NCBI RefSeq assembly: GCF_000002075.1
Contig: NW_004797308.1
Location: 460,606 to 520,168, forward strand
Direction: 5' to 3'
Length of the DNA: 59,563 nt
Source: Aplysia californica
Lineage: Eukaryota
Shown: piece by piece, positions 13,551 through 27,360 of the stretch
Layout: each line of letters starts with the position of its first letter
Position numbering within the stretch: position 1 is the first letter of the stretch
Notes under the pieces: model-generated
What the model saw: only the letters and a program-made list of their open reading frames with translations
Database searches by the model: none
Told to the model about the DNA's origin: nothing
Position numbers and translations under genes: made by a program

Positions 13551-13907
13551 ATATAAATGCTCAAGCCAGTCTGCTTAAGTGGGCATTTCTGTGTGACATA
13601 GACACAGCAAAAACCAGTAAAAGAGGGAAAATACTCTAATTTACTCTAAATGAGGAAACAAAAATCAGCAAACAAATAAAAAAGACGTCACACTGCCCAT
13701 AAAAACACCCTTCAAACTCCCCCCTCCCCCCCAATTAAAAGTTAATAAACAAAACAGAAAGACAAAACAAAGCAAATCTTAACTCAATCTCGAATCCCTT
13801 CATTTGAAAATAACAACAACAACAATTCTGCTACATCAGTAAAAGAGTTCAGAAGTTTTTCCTTTGAACACGCATCACCAGGCTGTAGTATGAAATGCTT
13901 CATCATA

Positions 13908-15073
13908 CAGTAGTCTCCCCCCTAAACGCACGCCATACAAAAGCACGCTCCGCTCAAACACGCACTTTCGTCATATGACGAGTTTTTTACTACACAATTT
14001 ACATGTACAAACGCACGGTCACTTCTTCTAAACTCATGCTTCAATCCTCCAAACATGCCCCCAAGTAAAGCTCAACAAAAGGAATTTTTTGCTATAACCT
14101 GCACAGCTTGCACAAGGCAAGCCTAGACAAACTTTGAGACTGGCCCTCGTGCACAACATCGAGAGTAATGGACAGAGTTTTCACAACTAACTTTCCACGG
14201 ACACATCGGTCTTGGACTGGTCGAGTGATATGTTGGGAGGTTGGAGGACTGACATGTTTTTTGACTGGTCACTCGAAATGTGTCTTTGAGAGGTCTCTGA
14301 CTGGAGCATGGTTAGCTGCACGTATTGTTTAGTTAGACTTAGGTCTATGATGCGCATCATGTGTGAATGCGGTAGAACACTAGATAGGCCACAATAGGAT
14401 TAACACTTTCCACCCACGCAGCACCCAGAACGTGCAACACTAATCCCCACAGACCAGGATACAGGTGCAGTACACGCTATATCACATAGGCGTCAATCGG
14501 CATCCTGTGGGGAAAAGGGACAGCTTTTTACCGTCGCCGACCGGCGTCCCGAGGGGGCAAAGTGTTAAAGATTAGTCAAGTAAGTATAATCAGCTGAGTT
14601 CGAAGAACTTATAATGTACTTGTTCAACGAATCACAAGAGAAAAGTCTCTAGGAATGTAGATCTATGATTCTGATGTCATCCATGAATTTACCGTCCGGG
14701 GTGGTCGCTTGGAAAGCCATGTGGTTGAGCGGTCGTCCCTATACTATGACTATCACCAAGTTTCCTTGTATCTAGTCTGTTCCCAACATTTTATGATGCA
14801 TATAATTACATTGAGTCTGTCCTTCTGCCCCCCCCCCATTCAACGCCATTGTTTTTATAACCAAAGTCAAGAAATCCTTTATAAAACAGTCACGTGTCGT
14901 CATATTATCGGACAAAGTGACCCCCACTTCATAAGGGAGGCCACTAGAATATCAAGGCAATAAGATGATTGCGTCCTTTCCTCCCTATGCACAGGTTCAT
15001 GTAAAAGCATGCTTCATATAAACACACACTAAGGAGTCCTCCCGAGCACTGTGCGTTTAGGCGGAGACTACTG
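13908..15073. mobile_element. Tc1/mariner (pogo/Tigger-like) non-autonomous element with TA TSD
   Basis: TA|CAGTAGTCTCCCCCCTAAACGCAC ... GTGCGTTTAGGCGGAGACTACTG|TA. Truncated second copy at 22243-23000. Confidence 0.88.
14404..14564. mobile_element. 161-bp TTAA-specific (piggyBac-like) MITE nested in the Tigger-like element
   Basis: TTAA|CACTTTCC...GGCAAAGTG|TTAA. The sibling copy at about 22789 has the empty single TTAA site. Confidence 0.85.
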
Positions 15074-15123
15074 TATTAGATTGCACCATAATCAAAAACA
15101 ATGAAATGGTCTCACAACAGTAT

Positions 15124-15125
<2 letters not shown>

Positions 15126-15171
<46 letters not shown>
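15126..15171. repeat. (AT)n microsatellite
   Basis: Direct reading. Confidence 0.95.
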
Positions 15172-15172
<1 letters not shown>

Positions 15173-15351
15173 GCTGTCACACACAAAACCAAAAAAAGCA
15201 TTAACTATTCTAGGGGGCCAACCACTTTCTCATTTCTACAAGGCTTCTCCAGTCATTTATATAAATTTCAAATTCACAGAATTCAGGAAATTTCTAGAAA
15301 AGTATCACGCCTACAGTCAAATTTCTACTTCACTCGCATTTTTCTTCATAC

Positions 15352-16299
15352 CTACTCTCTTGACCTTCGCACCAGCAAGATCATCATGTCCATAACGTTA
15401 GTGCCGGTTTTGTTCGTTCTCACCAAATTCCGGCCCTCGTTGATCTTGCTAAAGAAGGAAAATGTGTCATTGTTAGCCAGGTACTCCTGCATGTCATATT
15501 CATCTTCCTTCACATGATCAAGGAAATCTAGGTCCACTACTGCCCCGGCAACTTGGGTCAGGCCGTCGTAACCATTTGAGTCACAACACAGCACGCACAT
15601 GTTTGTTTCCGTGACGCTTAGTTTGTCCCGTCGAAAATCCTCGTGCATTTGTACTGCCGCAGCCAAAGCTGTCTCCAGATTTTTTCCACCCACACCAGAA
15701 CCTTTGACATCTACAGTTGTGTCTCCACCCACGATAATGCAGATGTCTTTGCTGAAATTGCTGCCTCTATCAACCTGTGACACGATATCATTTACTGACT
15801 TTTTATCAATGCCACCAGCAACTAGTTTCAACTCCAACATTGCTAACTCTGAATTTGGTTCTAAGGAAGCCTTTCTATCAAAACAGATCATAATGAACTT
15901 CACCAGAGTGGCACAGAGCGCACCAACCTCTTGGGCTTCACCTGTGAGAATTTTACTCAAAATCAAAGGAAGATAACCCATCTCAGATGCCTTTCGAGCA
16001 GCCTCCTCACAGGCAAGAGAGTTATTGCCCACTATGATATTTTGGACATTGCTGCACAAGGCCTCCTCTTCCGCACTCCTAAATCTTGGGCCATGAATTT
16101 CCTGGGCTTGGTCAATTTGCTGCTGTTTGGCTTCCCTCTCCAGATACTTTTTGACACTCTCGGGGACTTGAGGTATCAGCCCAAGCCGCTGTATAATCTG
16201 CAGGCTGTGGATGGGGGTGGGCTCAGCCAGGCAGGTGGGGCCACTGGCAATCAGATCGATGGGATCACCGACCATAGACGAAAGGATCAAGGTTACAAC
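15352..16299 (-). CDS. GLYCTK: GLYCTK paralog A last coding exon (MOFRL domain)
   Basis: VVTLILSSMVGDPIDLIASGPT...GGDTTV...GGKNLE...TGTNVMD to TAG. TTTTTCAG acceptor. Confidence 0.92.
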   Translation of the reverse strand, partial: VVTLILSSMVGDPIDLIASGPTCLAEPTPIHSLQIIQRLGLIPQVPESVKKYLEREAKQQQIDQAQEIHGPRFRSAEEEALCSNVQNIIVGNNSLACEEAARKASEMGYLPLILSKILTGEAQEVGALCATLVKFIMICFDRKASLEPNSELAMLELKLVAGGIDKKSVNDIVSQVDRGSNFSKDICIIVGGDTTVDVKGSGVGGKNLETALAAAVQMHEDFRRDKLSVTETNMCVLCCDSNGYDGLTQVAGAVVDLDFLDHVKEDEYDMQEYLANNDTFSFFSKINEGRNLVRTNKTGTNVMDMMILLVRRSRE

Positions 16300-19200
16300 C
16301 TGAAAAAGTACAATGCAGTTCGCTTTCAGAATAAAATACATACATATCATGTATCTTCTTGAAGGCATGGTTCTTCAAACTTTTAAAAGATCAAGACCAA
16401 CTTTAACTCTCTCAAATAATAACACACAAAAACACACACACTCTGCCAATTAACTTTAAAATTCAAATTTATCAGCCCAGTCCAGATAATTAGGATTTGT
16501 CTTAATTAACCTGTGTTAAATATAAAGAGACAAAAAATACACTAGCCCACTTGAAACAAAATGCAAGGCTTTCCTATCCATATGAAAAGTACAATTACCA
16601 GTAAAATACAGTTGAAATGGTCCAAGACGCCATGCAAGGGGGGGTGGGGGGCCTGTAGGATGTGGTTGTTTGTACAGGTGATTGTCTTGAATAGATGGCC
16701 GTTAGAGCAGGTTCAACTGCATTTTGATAAAATATGAGGACAAAAAAAGCCTGCATTCTGTCAATAGCCTTAAGATGTACAATCTTTTTTTTTCTTTTAC
16801 CTTAGCTGGCTGAGCCGCCATTGCCAGGCCTCCACCTTTGAGAATCTCTAAGTTCTTGAGGACTGTATTCAGCTCCTGCATACTGGCACCCTCTTGGTTG
16901 AGCAGTCGACTTACAGTATGCAAATCCTGCAAAGTCATCGGTGGCTTAGGGAGAGGGCACAATGCTGAACCACCTCCTAGGAAGCAGAAAGAGAAAAAAA
17001 AATTGAAACCATGTATCTTCCTCATCTTTGTGTTCCACTGCTAGACCTCAGGGGTAGTCGACTGCTGGTTTTGTAACCTGCAGAGCAACTGATTTTTACA
17101 TATTTTTCATTTTCCTTTCTTTGAAGGGCACCTTGCCCCCAGGCAGTCACATTCCGATTAAAAGTGTCTCCAAATTGTTTTGGGTGGCAGCATCAAACAT
17201 CTGATTTCTATTGTCTTGGAACCAAAACAACAGTATGACTACAAGGGGTATTGGTGAATATGTAGAATAGCTGAAGAAATTATTAAGAGTGACAGATAAA
17301 AATCCTAGTAACGGTAAGTCTTACATTTTGACCTTGGAAGCAACACATAACCCTTTGATTCAATCTATGGAAATCTGAACATACTCCAATTCTATGGGTC
17401 TCATAGGCTCTGGAAGAATTGAATATTAACTTTAAGAGAAGCAACAACATTTCAGCATAATTCTTCTACCTCCATCATAAAGTAATTCAGTTTATTTTCC
17501 TAGAAAGTTTTAGAGCTCAACTTATATGAGTACACAGCTGTTTTGCACAAATGTATGAGTATACATTCAGCCCAGTTGGTATTACTCTGGACTAGTGGAG
17601 GCAATCAATCATGTTTCGATACCCCAAATGGGGCATTCTTACACATTAAATTTGGGTAGCCTATTTCGAGAAATAAAGTTCATGATTCTCCATCCACTAG
17701 GCAGAAGCACATGTTCAGTCTGGGGCTATTACTCTTGAGTAATCTTACTATAACAACGTGCAATGAACCAATCAAAGACTATTTTTAATATTTGTCAATC
17801 CTTAACAGACTTAAAAGTACTGTAACAAAATTGAAACTATGATAACAGATAATTTTCATTTACATAGACTTACCAGAACAGAGGACAATGAGTAGGTCTT
17901 TCTCCGAGAGACGAGTTACAAGACTGAGTATGGCTTTGCTGGCATTCAGAGCTGCCTCATCCACTTCATTATTCTCTGCTCCCTCAAAGACAGTTATTTT
18001 CGAATTTGCTCTCAGCATCATTTCACTGTAAAACAAATCAGACATTTGATTTTAATCATATTATACATACTTTTGGTCAATTCTATGTTGTGATGGAATA
18101 CACAGATTTAGTCTGTGGTACACTGCTTTAAGAAAAAACACAACAGACTATGAATGGAATTCAGTTGAATGAATAGAGGAAGGAATGTATCACTGACCTA
18201 ATGCAAAGACCGTAAACACAATATTGAGAGGGAGAGGAAATAGGACTGAAAAGTGGTCGTAAGGGTGTAAAAGCCGTTTCTGTATATTTCATAGCTGTGA
18301 CTAAAAAGAAATTTTACATCATGTGTCAAAAAAGAACACAGTGTGCACTTTACAACATCAAGGATCCAAAATCTGTTTCATATAAAATTCTAAAAGTTTA
18401 ATTCACCACTTTGAATGATCTTCTCAGCATCTTCATTTTAAAAAAATTAATTAGAACTACTCAGCACAGATTTACTTTACTTACTTTTGGGCATAGGGAT
18501 GAGTTTTGTGCAATTTTCAGGACAATTCAGAGTACTGGAACTGGAAGAGTTTAAACCTCTAGATACATGTTCAACTTTTGTCAAAACAGACAGTCATTTA
18601 ATTAAACTTTCTAAACAAGATGAGAACAAGAATCAATTCAAAGCTGCTTTACCCACATCACATTACTGAGTCTTAGCAACTTGATTTTGTCACTTAAATA
18701 AAAAGACAAGACCTTTAAATTGAGAGTTTCTTATGAAATAATGACCACTGACTGGTCATGAAGGTGGGTATTTCATTGACAGCAAATTTTGATATATATT
18801 ACATTCAGATGACAAAAAACTTGACTAAAGAAATAAATATGGGTGAAGGTCTACAAATATTGCCTATCCAGCAAGTGGTAAAGAGTTTGGACAAGGGAAT
18901 AGAGATCAGATAGGGGAATGAAATACTGATAAGGCCTTGAGGCAGAAATTAGGATTTTGGGTGGAGGAGGAAAAAGAAACCAAAGCTGGCTCTATCCACA
19001 CTGAGGAGAATCAAGAAGCAGCTTATCAATCAGAAGCAGCTGACCTGTCACCAGTTTTCCGCATCTCTTCCTGCAATCCGCTGGGGACGCTGACAACTCC
19101 AGAGACAATGTGCTCTCCTAGCATATTCTCCACTGCCCGTGCCATGCCCAGAACTGAACTGCCCATGCCCACTACAAACACATTACGCTTCAGTCTGAAT

Positions 19201-19550
19201 GTCTGATCTTTAACATGAAGAACTGAAGAACCAGGTTGATATTTCAACACATTCCAAATCATTTGTTTGGGATGAACAGCCTTAATTCCACTCTTAAAGA
19301 TTTCTGTTGCATCACTTTTTAAATTGATACTGCCACTGTCTTCTTCTAATTTTACAGCTTCATAATTTCTGACAGTACTAAAAGACAACTGTCTGTAGCC
19401 CCTCAATGACACAGCCTTATCAATAAAGTTGACGATACTTCTTTTGTTCCTAAAACTAGAATACATTCTAAACATTACACAGGGATGTCGCCTAAGAGCA
19501 GTAAATTCTCTGCAGAGGCAGGGCGTCAAGTTTTTGAAGCTCATCATCAT
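15352..19550 (-). CDS. GLYCTK: Glycerate kinase-like paralog A (class II GLYCTK/MOFRL family), 4 coding exons join(19550-19045,18025-17874,16976-16801,16299-15352), 593 aa, degenerate active-site motifs
   Basis: Exons spliced by hand with GT-AG junctions (phases 2,1,0) give a continuous 1782-nt frame. Motifs: NVFVVGMG, SGGGSAL, LKGGGLA, GDPIDLIASGPT, TGTNVMD. Confidence 0.9.
16801..16976 (-). CDS. GLYCTK: GLYCTK paralog A coding exon 3 (176 nt)
   Basis: GGGSALCPLP...LKNLEILKGGGLAMAAQPAK. TTCCTAG acceptor, AAG|GTAAA donor. Confidence 0.9.
17049..17160 (+). repeat. Dispersed repeat also at 40959-41072
   Basis: CAGGGGTAGTC.ACTGCTGGTT...CTGCAG.GCAACTGATTTTTACATAT...AGGGCACCTT...CAGGCAG.CACATTCC.ATT at both sites. 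Confidence 0.7.
17874..18025 (-). CDS. GLYCTK: GLYCTK paralog A coding exon 2 (152 nt)
   Basis: EMMLRANSKITVFEGAENNEVD...DLLIVLCS. TTTTACAG acceptor, G|GTAAGT donor. Same length as the exon in B and C. Confidence 0.9.
19045..19550 (-). CDS. GLYCTK: GLYCTK paralog A coding exon 1 (acceptor upstream puts exon start at 19568)
   Basis: MMMSFK...IFKSGIKAVHPKQMI...NVFVVGMGSSVLGMARAVE. Donor AG|GTCAG at 19045/19044; acceptor TTTCAG at 19570-19569. Confidence 0.88.
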
Positions 19551-22242
19551 TCCAATGTTGACTCAAATCTGAAATTCATGTTTAAAAAAATATATATTAA
19601 AAAATTATTTCATCATCTTCCTTCCAACTTTTCACTTTTAATGTGAAATATTACAGTAGTCTCCACATGATATAAGATCCCAATGCATACAAGCAAGGAA
19701 AATGTAGGATCTTCGGCCAGTAGATCTTACCCGAATTATCAGAGGGATGAATCTACAGTGACTCATGTTCAGGCTCACAATCAGTACAATGACATCCCCT
19801 GACTTTTTAAATGAACTGAAGTGACCACTGGCCCTGGGTTGGCTTATTACTTATGGAGAGCCATCAATTTTCACAATCTTCTTTAGTTAATGAGGTATAT
19901 TTGAGAACGAGGAAGAAGAAGAAATGAGGTATGCATTTTTCACATTCGATTGAGAGTCTCAGAATCCAGGTCGATCCTATTCCTATTGCTCCTCCCCTTA
20001 ACCTGTCCAAAATATAGCTTTCTATATGATCTCTGACACAGTTCCCCACTCATGTTGTAATATATATCAATGTTTGTGTTATGACTGCACCTATCAAAAT
20101 TCAAAGAACAAAAGCCAGGCTCACAGCCGCCAAAATGTGATGGCCACATAAGGCAAAGACGATTGGACATTCACCGAGTATGAACACCCGTCTGTCTATT
20201 AAAAACAGGCGTAGAGCTGAAACACATGTGCCATGGTCAAAGGGAAAAAAAGCAGCAATGAGTTCACAGTCTTGAAGATGTAATCCTGTCTGATGTGACC
20301 TTGTACACCCTACCCACCTAGCATGAGATATGTAAGTTCATATATTCATATATATATATTATGACCCTTTGCCAATAGGTGGGGTTTTCTTCATATATAC
20401 CTTACAAAACCCTTTCCTATTCCAATAAAAATGGTGCTACAGCTTTGAAAATTGTATATGTTGTGCTTAATATGATGTTTCAGCTATGGGAGCATAGAAA
20501 TAGCAGTCGGGCCTTCAGAGGAAATCTTACAATTATTTTTAGTTCTGAAATCTACGTATTTTTAAAAATGCAAAACGTGACGCGTCGAGTTCGTACTTTT
20601 TCTGTCGTCAAGTTCAACAATGAAATAATTGCTGAGAAACTCGTCCTTCTACACTTTTACTACTATAACTACATTATTTGTGGTGCTATATCAGGAATAA
20701 TGATATATCTATAGCAGTTTTTTCTTTGTGAGCCTACTAGATTTTCATTTTCGAGCATAACTCTTGTAGTCATTTCATAAGGCAACTTCGATTCCCAATG
20801 ACTTTATTTCTATTGGCCATTTTGGGGCCATGGAACGAGCATAATATCGTTCAATGTTTACTCTCTACCCTGACTGATTCCGAGGCTGTGACCGTACGTA
20901 ATTTTGCAGAAAATGAAAATCCTGCGACGCCTCATGCTCTGTCGTCATTTGTTATGTTCGAAAGAACCAATCAGAAAACGAGAAGTAATAGGGGTGGAGG
21001 AACGTGCATTGTTCCTGTCGATCCATTCAAAGCCTATTATTGTGCGAGGTAAGACGGCGAGAAGAATAACGATGAACGAGACGAATTCATTTAAGTTTTC
21101 TTATGTCCTCATCAAATCTAAACATGTTATGTTAGGAAATTTAAACCAAGTAATAGTTAACATCACACTGCGTTCCAATGGTCAAGTAGTGGTAGATCTA
21201 CATGCAACCACGCATGCTTGGCTAGATGTCAATGAGACGTGAAAATTTGATGTAAATTGATGATATGTCCCAAAATAGCCACAAACTTGTAAGATTTAAA
21301 AAACGATCGTCACTTTCAACAGACCCTTCAGAAATATATATGGTTTGTGACAGTCAAAATCGTTCTCAACACACAAAAAAATGGTAAAATAGTGCTGAAA
21401 AATAGTCTAAAATGGGTTTGGACCTTTTCTATAAATTTATCGGAGGCCTTTTCTTCCAGGCAACTCAGCCAGCTTTTTTACTCTCAACTTCCATTTTTGT
21501 TTCCAATTTTGTGTATAAATATCTATGGAGTTAAGCCGGGACCACTTCTCCCGAAGAGTGCCGGCAAATAGAATATCATGTGATAGATTGGTTTGACCAT
21601 GTCCTATAATCTTAAAACTTCTTCTTCATGTTACAAGTAACGGATTCAAAACGCGAGTTGCCGCCATGCGAGAGGCGCGTGATCGCTAGGCGGCATGTGT
21701 CAAACTAAATAGGCCACCGATGACTTCACTGCGGGTTTTCCCTATACCAGTTTGTTGCTTTACTGTGTTTTAGAAGGGGTGATCGGTCGCAGTAAAAACG
21801 ATGTCACGCAAATATTAGTCTTTAAGATTCAAAGTAATAAAGACATCTAAAAAGTTATGGCAGCATTAGATTCTGCACTAAAAATTACATGAAGATACCA
21901 AGTTTCATTTATTTACTCAAATTCATTACTGACTTACAAACAGTTTTCCCTCAAAATACCTCAAGACATGTCCCACCTTTTGGCGATATTTTCCTCTATG
22001 AAAGTCCCTCAAAATTTTGTATACAAAAATCCCAATAACTTTTTTATTGATCAATGGATTTTTAAAATTAAAAACCACAGTTCTTATAATTTACTCTATT
22101 TTCATTTAAGCCTGTTTTTAAGCAATTTGGATAAAAATTTAATTTTTCATTGTCATTGCTGGTCAAAGGGAAGGAGGGATGGGAATTTCAAGCATCACAA
22201 GCAGACATTGTTGGAAAGTCATTAATCCACTATTTCTCCGTA

Positions 22243-23000
22243 CAGTAGTCCCCACCTAAACGCACGCCATACAAAAACACACTCCGCTCAAACGCACACT
22301 TTCATCATCTGACGGGTTTTTTACTATAGAATTTAGACGTACAAACGCACGGTCACTCCCTCTAAACGCACGCTCCGATCCGCGAAACACGGCGACAATT
22401 TAAGTTTGGCAAGGGGAAATTTCCACTACAACCTGCACAGCCTGCATAAGACAAGCCTAGAATTTTTTAGAAAACCGGATATTTGGTGAGAGTACCCCTC
22501 ACGCCGTACAAAGAGAGTGATGGACAGCGTTTACACACCATACTTTCCACTGACACACAGGTCTCGGTCTTGGGCTGGTCGGTTAAATGTGTGTGTGTGT
22601 GTTTGGGGGGGGGGGGGAGGACTGAAAGGTTTTTTGATTGGTCACTGGAAATGTATATCTGATAGAAGGTTTTTGACTGGTGTTTGAGTTTGAGTGACTG
22701 CGTGCAATGAAGCAATGTTTAGTTACATCAAGGCCTGATGCGCGACATGCGTAAATGCCGTAAAACATTAGACAGGCCTCTATTGGATTAAAGATTAGCC
22801 AAATAAGCCTAATAAGCTGCGCTCGAAGAACTTATAATGTGCTTGTTCAATGAATCACAAGAGAAAATGTTTCTCGAGGATGATTCTGCATGAATTTACG
22901 GTCGGAGGTGGTCGCTTGGAAAGCCACGAGGCTGGTCCGTCGTCGCTATGACTATCACCAACAGTTTCCTCTTAGGCTTTCTGTTCCCGACGTTTATAGA
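22243..23000. mobile_element. 3'-truncated copy of the 13908-15073 Tigger-like element
   Basis: Colinear from TA|CAGTAGTCCCCACCTAAACGCACGCCATACAAAA to CTGTTCCC. Confidence 0.85.
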
Positions 23001-25446
23001 GCGTATTCATAGGTACCAGAAACTAAATTTTCAAAGTAGCTGTATGCCAAATTTATCTGTTCCATTTGAAAGGCCTATATCCACTGAGCATTTTGGTACC
23101 ATTCTTTAACCTCTCAGTCAATTTTTAAGAAAATGGCAGTTGTTTAAAATTTGATCAAATTTGTTTTAAAAGTCAGTCACTGGCTGCAACCCCATGTTTG
23201 ACAGACAATAAAAGAGTACCAAGTGCACTAAACATCTCCACATTAACAGAGTACAATCACTATAACAAATATATGGAGCCTAATTTTTTTCAAGACTGTG
23301 GGATCATTACAAATCAGTATTTTATCACTTCAAACACAATGATCTGTCATTATTTCGACAAAAACACAGAGCGTTGACCCGGCCAGTGCCGCATCGGCCC
23401 CCGCGGCGAGCGAGTCAGCTTATACTATAGTATAGTGTACCCCGCGTGTGGGGTCACATGATGCTTTCCGAGTCTCGCGGAAGGATTGATGTTAAATAAT
23501 TCCAAGTTGATTACTTTATTCAGTATTTTTTTACTTTCCCTCCCGTCTCACACTCAGCTACCAATTGTCTATTTTGTACTAAATATTGATGCGCTGAACA
23601 CGAATATCAACTTCATTTCCGTTGCAAATTAATAGTTTGTGAAATATTTGATTTTTTTTAACCGAGATAGACATGACATGCTTTGGACCAATCGGGGGGT
23701 TCCAGGAGGGCCTGCCCCACTGGGGTAAAAGAAAATCTGGGGGGTTACAGGGAGGCATGCCCCCCTGTTTTTACCCATAGTTTGATATTTTACAGTTAGA
23801 TTTGAAATTGTCTTGAAAATAATTGCTTTGCGACAGTTTTAGTGGCTTTATGTGTGATCTGCAGCAAACAGTACAGCAGTTTGACCCCTGAAACAGTGCA
23901 TCTGTGTGCGGGAGGGAAAGTAAAAATTTACCCTTTATTCTAATAGAAAACAAACTAATCTTTTCATTAATTTAATACCTTTTTTAAACCGGTATTTAAC
24001 ATATTTTGTGTAAAAAAGTGATCTTTAAACATTTTGACAGCATTTTTAAAATCTTTCTATTTAAACGCCAAAGCCCAAATATATACCACGGGAAAGCCCG
24101 TTTAGAGCTCTACAGTTCTCCGCCAATGAAAAGACGGTATTTAATCATCGCTAATCATCGCTCGTTCCGCGAAGGATTTGAATGCACGTGTGTCAATTTT
24201 TGAACCGGCCGACCACGCATTCCGGCCGCGAGGGGCTTTGCTTTCCTCGGCGATTCTCCAGCTCCTAATAATTGGACCTCACTGTAACTTCATGCATGTG
24301 TTTTTTGTTTCCGATTGTGTACATAGACTAGATCTAGATATCTAATCTAGATCTAGTCTAGATATCTAGATCTAAATCTAAATTACTAAATCTTCTAATA
24401 AAATAGATTCTAGATAGACCTCTAATTATTATGTATAAATTTCTAAGGAATTAGGCCGGGACAACTTCTCGAGAAGAATGCCCATTTGCCTTGCACAATT
24501 CAATAAAAGAAAGAAAACAGATTCTAGGCCTACTTGTGTAAAAATTGTCCCAAGATTTTGTGACAGTAACAGCTTTTCTCACCTCAGTCAGAGAAAGGTA
24601 GGAAGGCTGGCTAATTTTGGCAATTTCGGGGGTGTATGAAAAAAATGAATACCAGTCGACCACTCCAAACTCAATGACACTTTCACCGGTTTCCTGTTGG
24701 AGCAATGAAGTGACCATTATTTCCAGAGACACTTGTTTGAGTCTACAAAGCACAAAGTCACAAAGGAAGTAAAATTCAGCGCAGGAAAGAAAGCGTCGTA
24801 ATGTTATGTTGTTGAGGGCAAAATAATCCGAACACGTTCATTGCTGCATTGCACTATAGTTCCAGCAGTAAACACTTTTTACAGCATTTGATAAAATGCA
24901 TTATCAATAATAATCATTCATTTCTTCACTAAATTATATTTTAACTATTTGGAGTAGTCAGAAAAAGTTGCTTCATCGTATATATTTCTGTCTGCCATAT
25001 AAGTATTTTATTTTGTCGAAACACCAATGTAATAAATTAAAGAACCAATTATGAACCTCGTCGAGAAGTAACATTTCGAAAAAATATTTTCATGACACGA
25101 AACGCACCAATTTGGCAGCGACCTAGATGCTATGCAAAGGGAGGCGAATCGTAGCACTTTAGAAAAACACAGGAAATGTAGGCAGGCAAACAGACAGTTC
25201 TTTGGTGTAGATTGACTACGAAACAGATTTTAAAGCACTTTCCCAGAAAACTTCACCAAAAATAAAGCAAATCTGAAAGAGGCTTGGGTTTTCTTTTTTT
25301 TTAATACTAAATTTGATCAAGCTATAAACTGATCTAAACTTTATAAAAGGATGAGAATTTTAACGCCTATTAGATTATTATGAAAAATTTGATAATGTTT
25401 TGGTGACATGATGACGATGGTGAAAATGATGAATTTATTTTTTAAA

Positions 25447-25521
<75 letters not shown>
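25447..25521. repeat. (ATT)n microsatellite
   Basis: Direct reading. Confidence 0.95.
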
Positions 25522-25522
<1 letters not shown>

Positions 25523-27094
25523 GGCTCTTACAATATTATCATTTCTCTTGTAATTATCATCAGCCTATCATATATAATATGATTCATTATTACTGAAGTC
25601 CTAACCATATACGATGCAGAAACCAGGACAAGGTACCAAAGCCATGCCAAGAAAAAGCTTTGATTATTATTATGTGAAAGGCCTCACTGGAGCCTAGGAT
25701 TCTTAATGGCATCAAAGAGCAGGATGAAATACCAGACATGCAGGACCTTTATAAGCTCTTAAAAGGGCAAATGTCGAGAGTGCTGTTTTTAAGCTCAAAT
25801 AAAGGACTCAGCTTTGCTGGGCTTGCCATGTCCCGTAAGAATGCTTGATTTCAGAATCGCAAAGGCAGTATAGGCCTACGTAATTCTTCTATGAGCTGCC
25901 CTCACGAAAGCATAGAAACTAGCTTACCAAAAAGTGCTACAACTAAGACACCATTGGAAAGATATGACTGAAGGACTTCATTATGGAGAGCAGCAAACAC
26001 AGTCTAGGCATGAGGCATCACTAATACGGGCTTTAAAAGAAATAGTTTGTCGGGCTTCACGAATAAGAAATGCTGAAACCAATGCGAGCTAGATTAATGT
26101 ATTATATAGAAGCATGTCTCTGACAGCCAAGGGATGATTCTAGATTCTGTGTAGATAAAATGGCCATTATTAAGTACATAACCTAACGTGCTACACCAAG
26201 AGAGGATTTTTTTAAAGATCTAGGTTAAATCATCTGAGCCCTAACACCATAGAGGGGTATACAGAAGAAAAATATTGCAGATCATTAAAACAGACTATAT
26301 ATATGGAGTTGTGTATTATTGTGCATACCCGTTCAAGTATACCTTAGTGCCTGGCTTTGAACATAAAAAAATTGTAAGGCTTTAAAGAAAGTTGTCGTCT
26401 TTTCTTTCATAGTATCATTGCTGGTACGACTATTTAAAAAAACAAACATTTATTAAAAATTAAATATTGGGGGGGGGGGGGAGGCTTTTGTTAGTTTGGA
26501 AATAGCCTAGGTCTGTCGTTATAAGACCTATATATGCCTACACTGCGGTAGAAATAAATGAAAACATCTGTAGTTAAAAAATGAAACAGGGACATATATG
26601 CTGTTATAGTTATAATGTCCACTGCAGTATAAGGCCGTATTATAAATTGAAACCAAAGAACAAAAAGCAAAAGCTGAAATCGATCTAACTGTTATATCAA
26701 CAGTGAATTTCAAAGACATTTTTAAAAAATCATCTGTGACCATTCAACTTAGTATGTAACAATGATACATGACCTCCCTGACTACTTTAACCCGCAAGTC
26801 TTCCCGATTCTCTTACTTTGCTCCATTTTGAGATTTCCCAGTCCACTAATATTGGAAATCTTTTGTAATTTATATATCGATGGATACTGGTTGCAAGTTC
26901 GCCTTGACCCCAAGTTGACCCAAACGAACGGTACAACTGAGAGCGAACAAAACACGAGCTGCTGGACTGCTGGCAAGTCGCAGAAAGCACACCATAGGCC
27001 TAGATTCTAATTGCGTATGTAAACATTTTATTTTTTAATTACTAAATTAGCATAGGGCTACTGTTCGAACTACTGCAGTCAACAAGATCTTAAT

Positions 27095-27186
27095 CTCTAG
27101 ATCTAGACTCTAATCTAGATCTAGATCTAGATTCTATATCTAGATCTAGATCTAGATGTAGATCTAGATTCTAGATCTAGATCTAG
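27095..27186. repeat. (TCTAGA)n palindromic hexamer repeat
   Basis: TCTAGATCTAGA arrays; others at 24325-24420, 27310-27355, 27408-27425 and 28744-28765. Confidence 0.85.
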
Positions 27187-27360
27187 CAGCCATCGTTTCT
27201 ACATGATGATATTGTTTCTGCCTGAATTGTGGAAGCTTTCTCAGTTTTTTTATAAACCTCCAAGGATTTGACTCCTTTTTTTATGACGTCTTATTCCGAT
27301 CAACATTGGGTAGATCTATAGATCTAAATCTAGATGATCTAGATCTAGATCTAGAAAAAT

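Noticed and set aside
15599-16362. Plus-strand ORFs opposite paralog A (and minus-strand ORFs opposite B and C)
   Set aside because: Antisense shadows of real coding exons with no independent protein signal.
20360-22200. Possible large DNA transposon with coding capacity
   Set aside because: It looks repeat-derived, but I found only a weak terminal inverted match and no transposase-like ORF, so boundaries cannot be supported.
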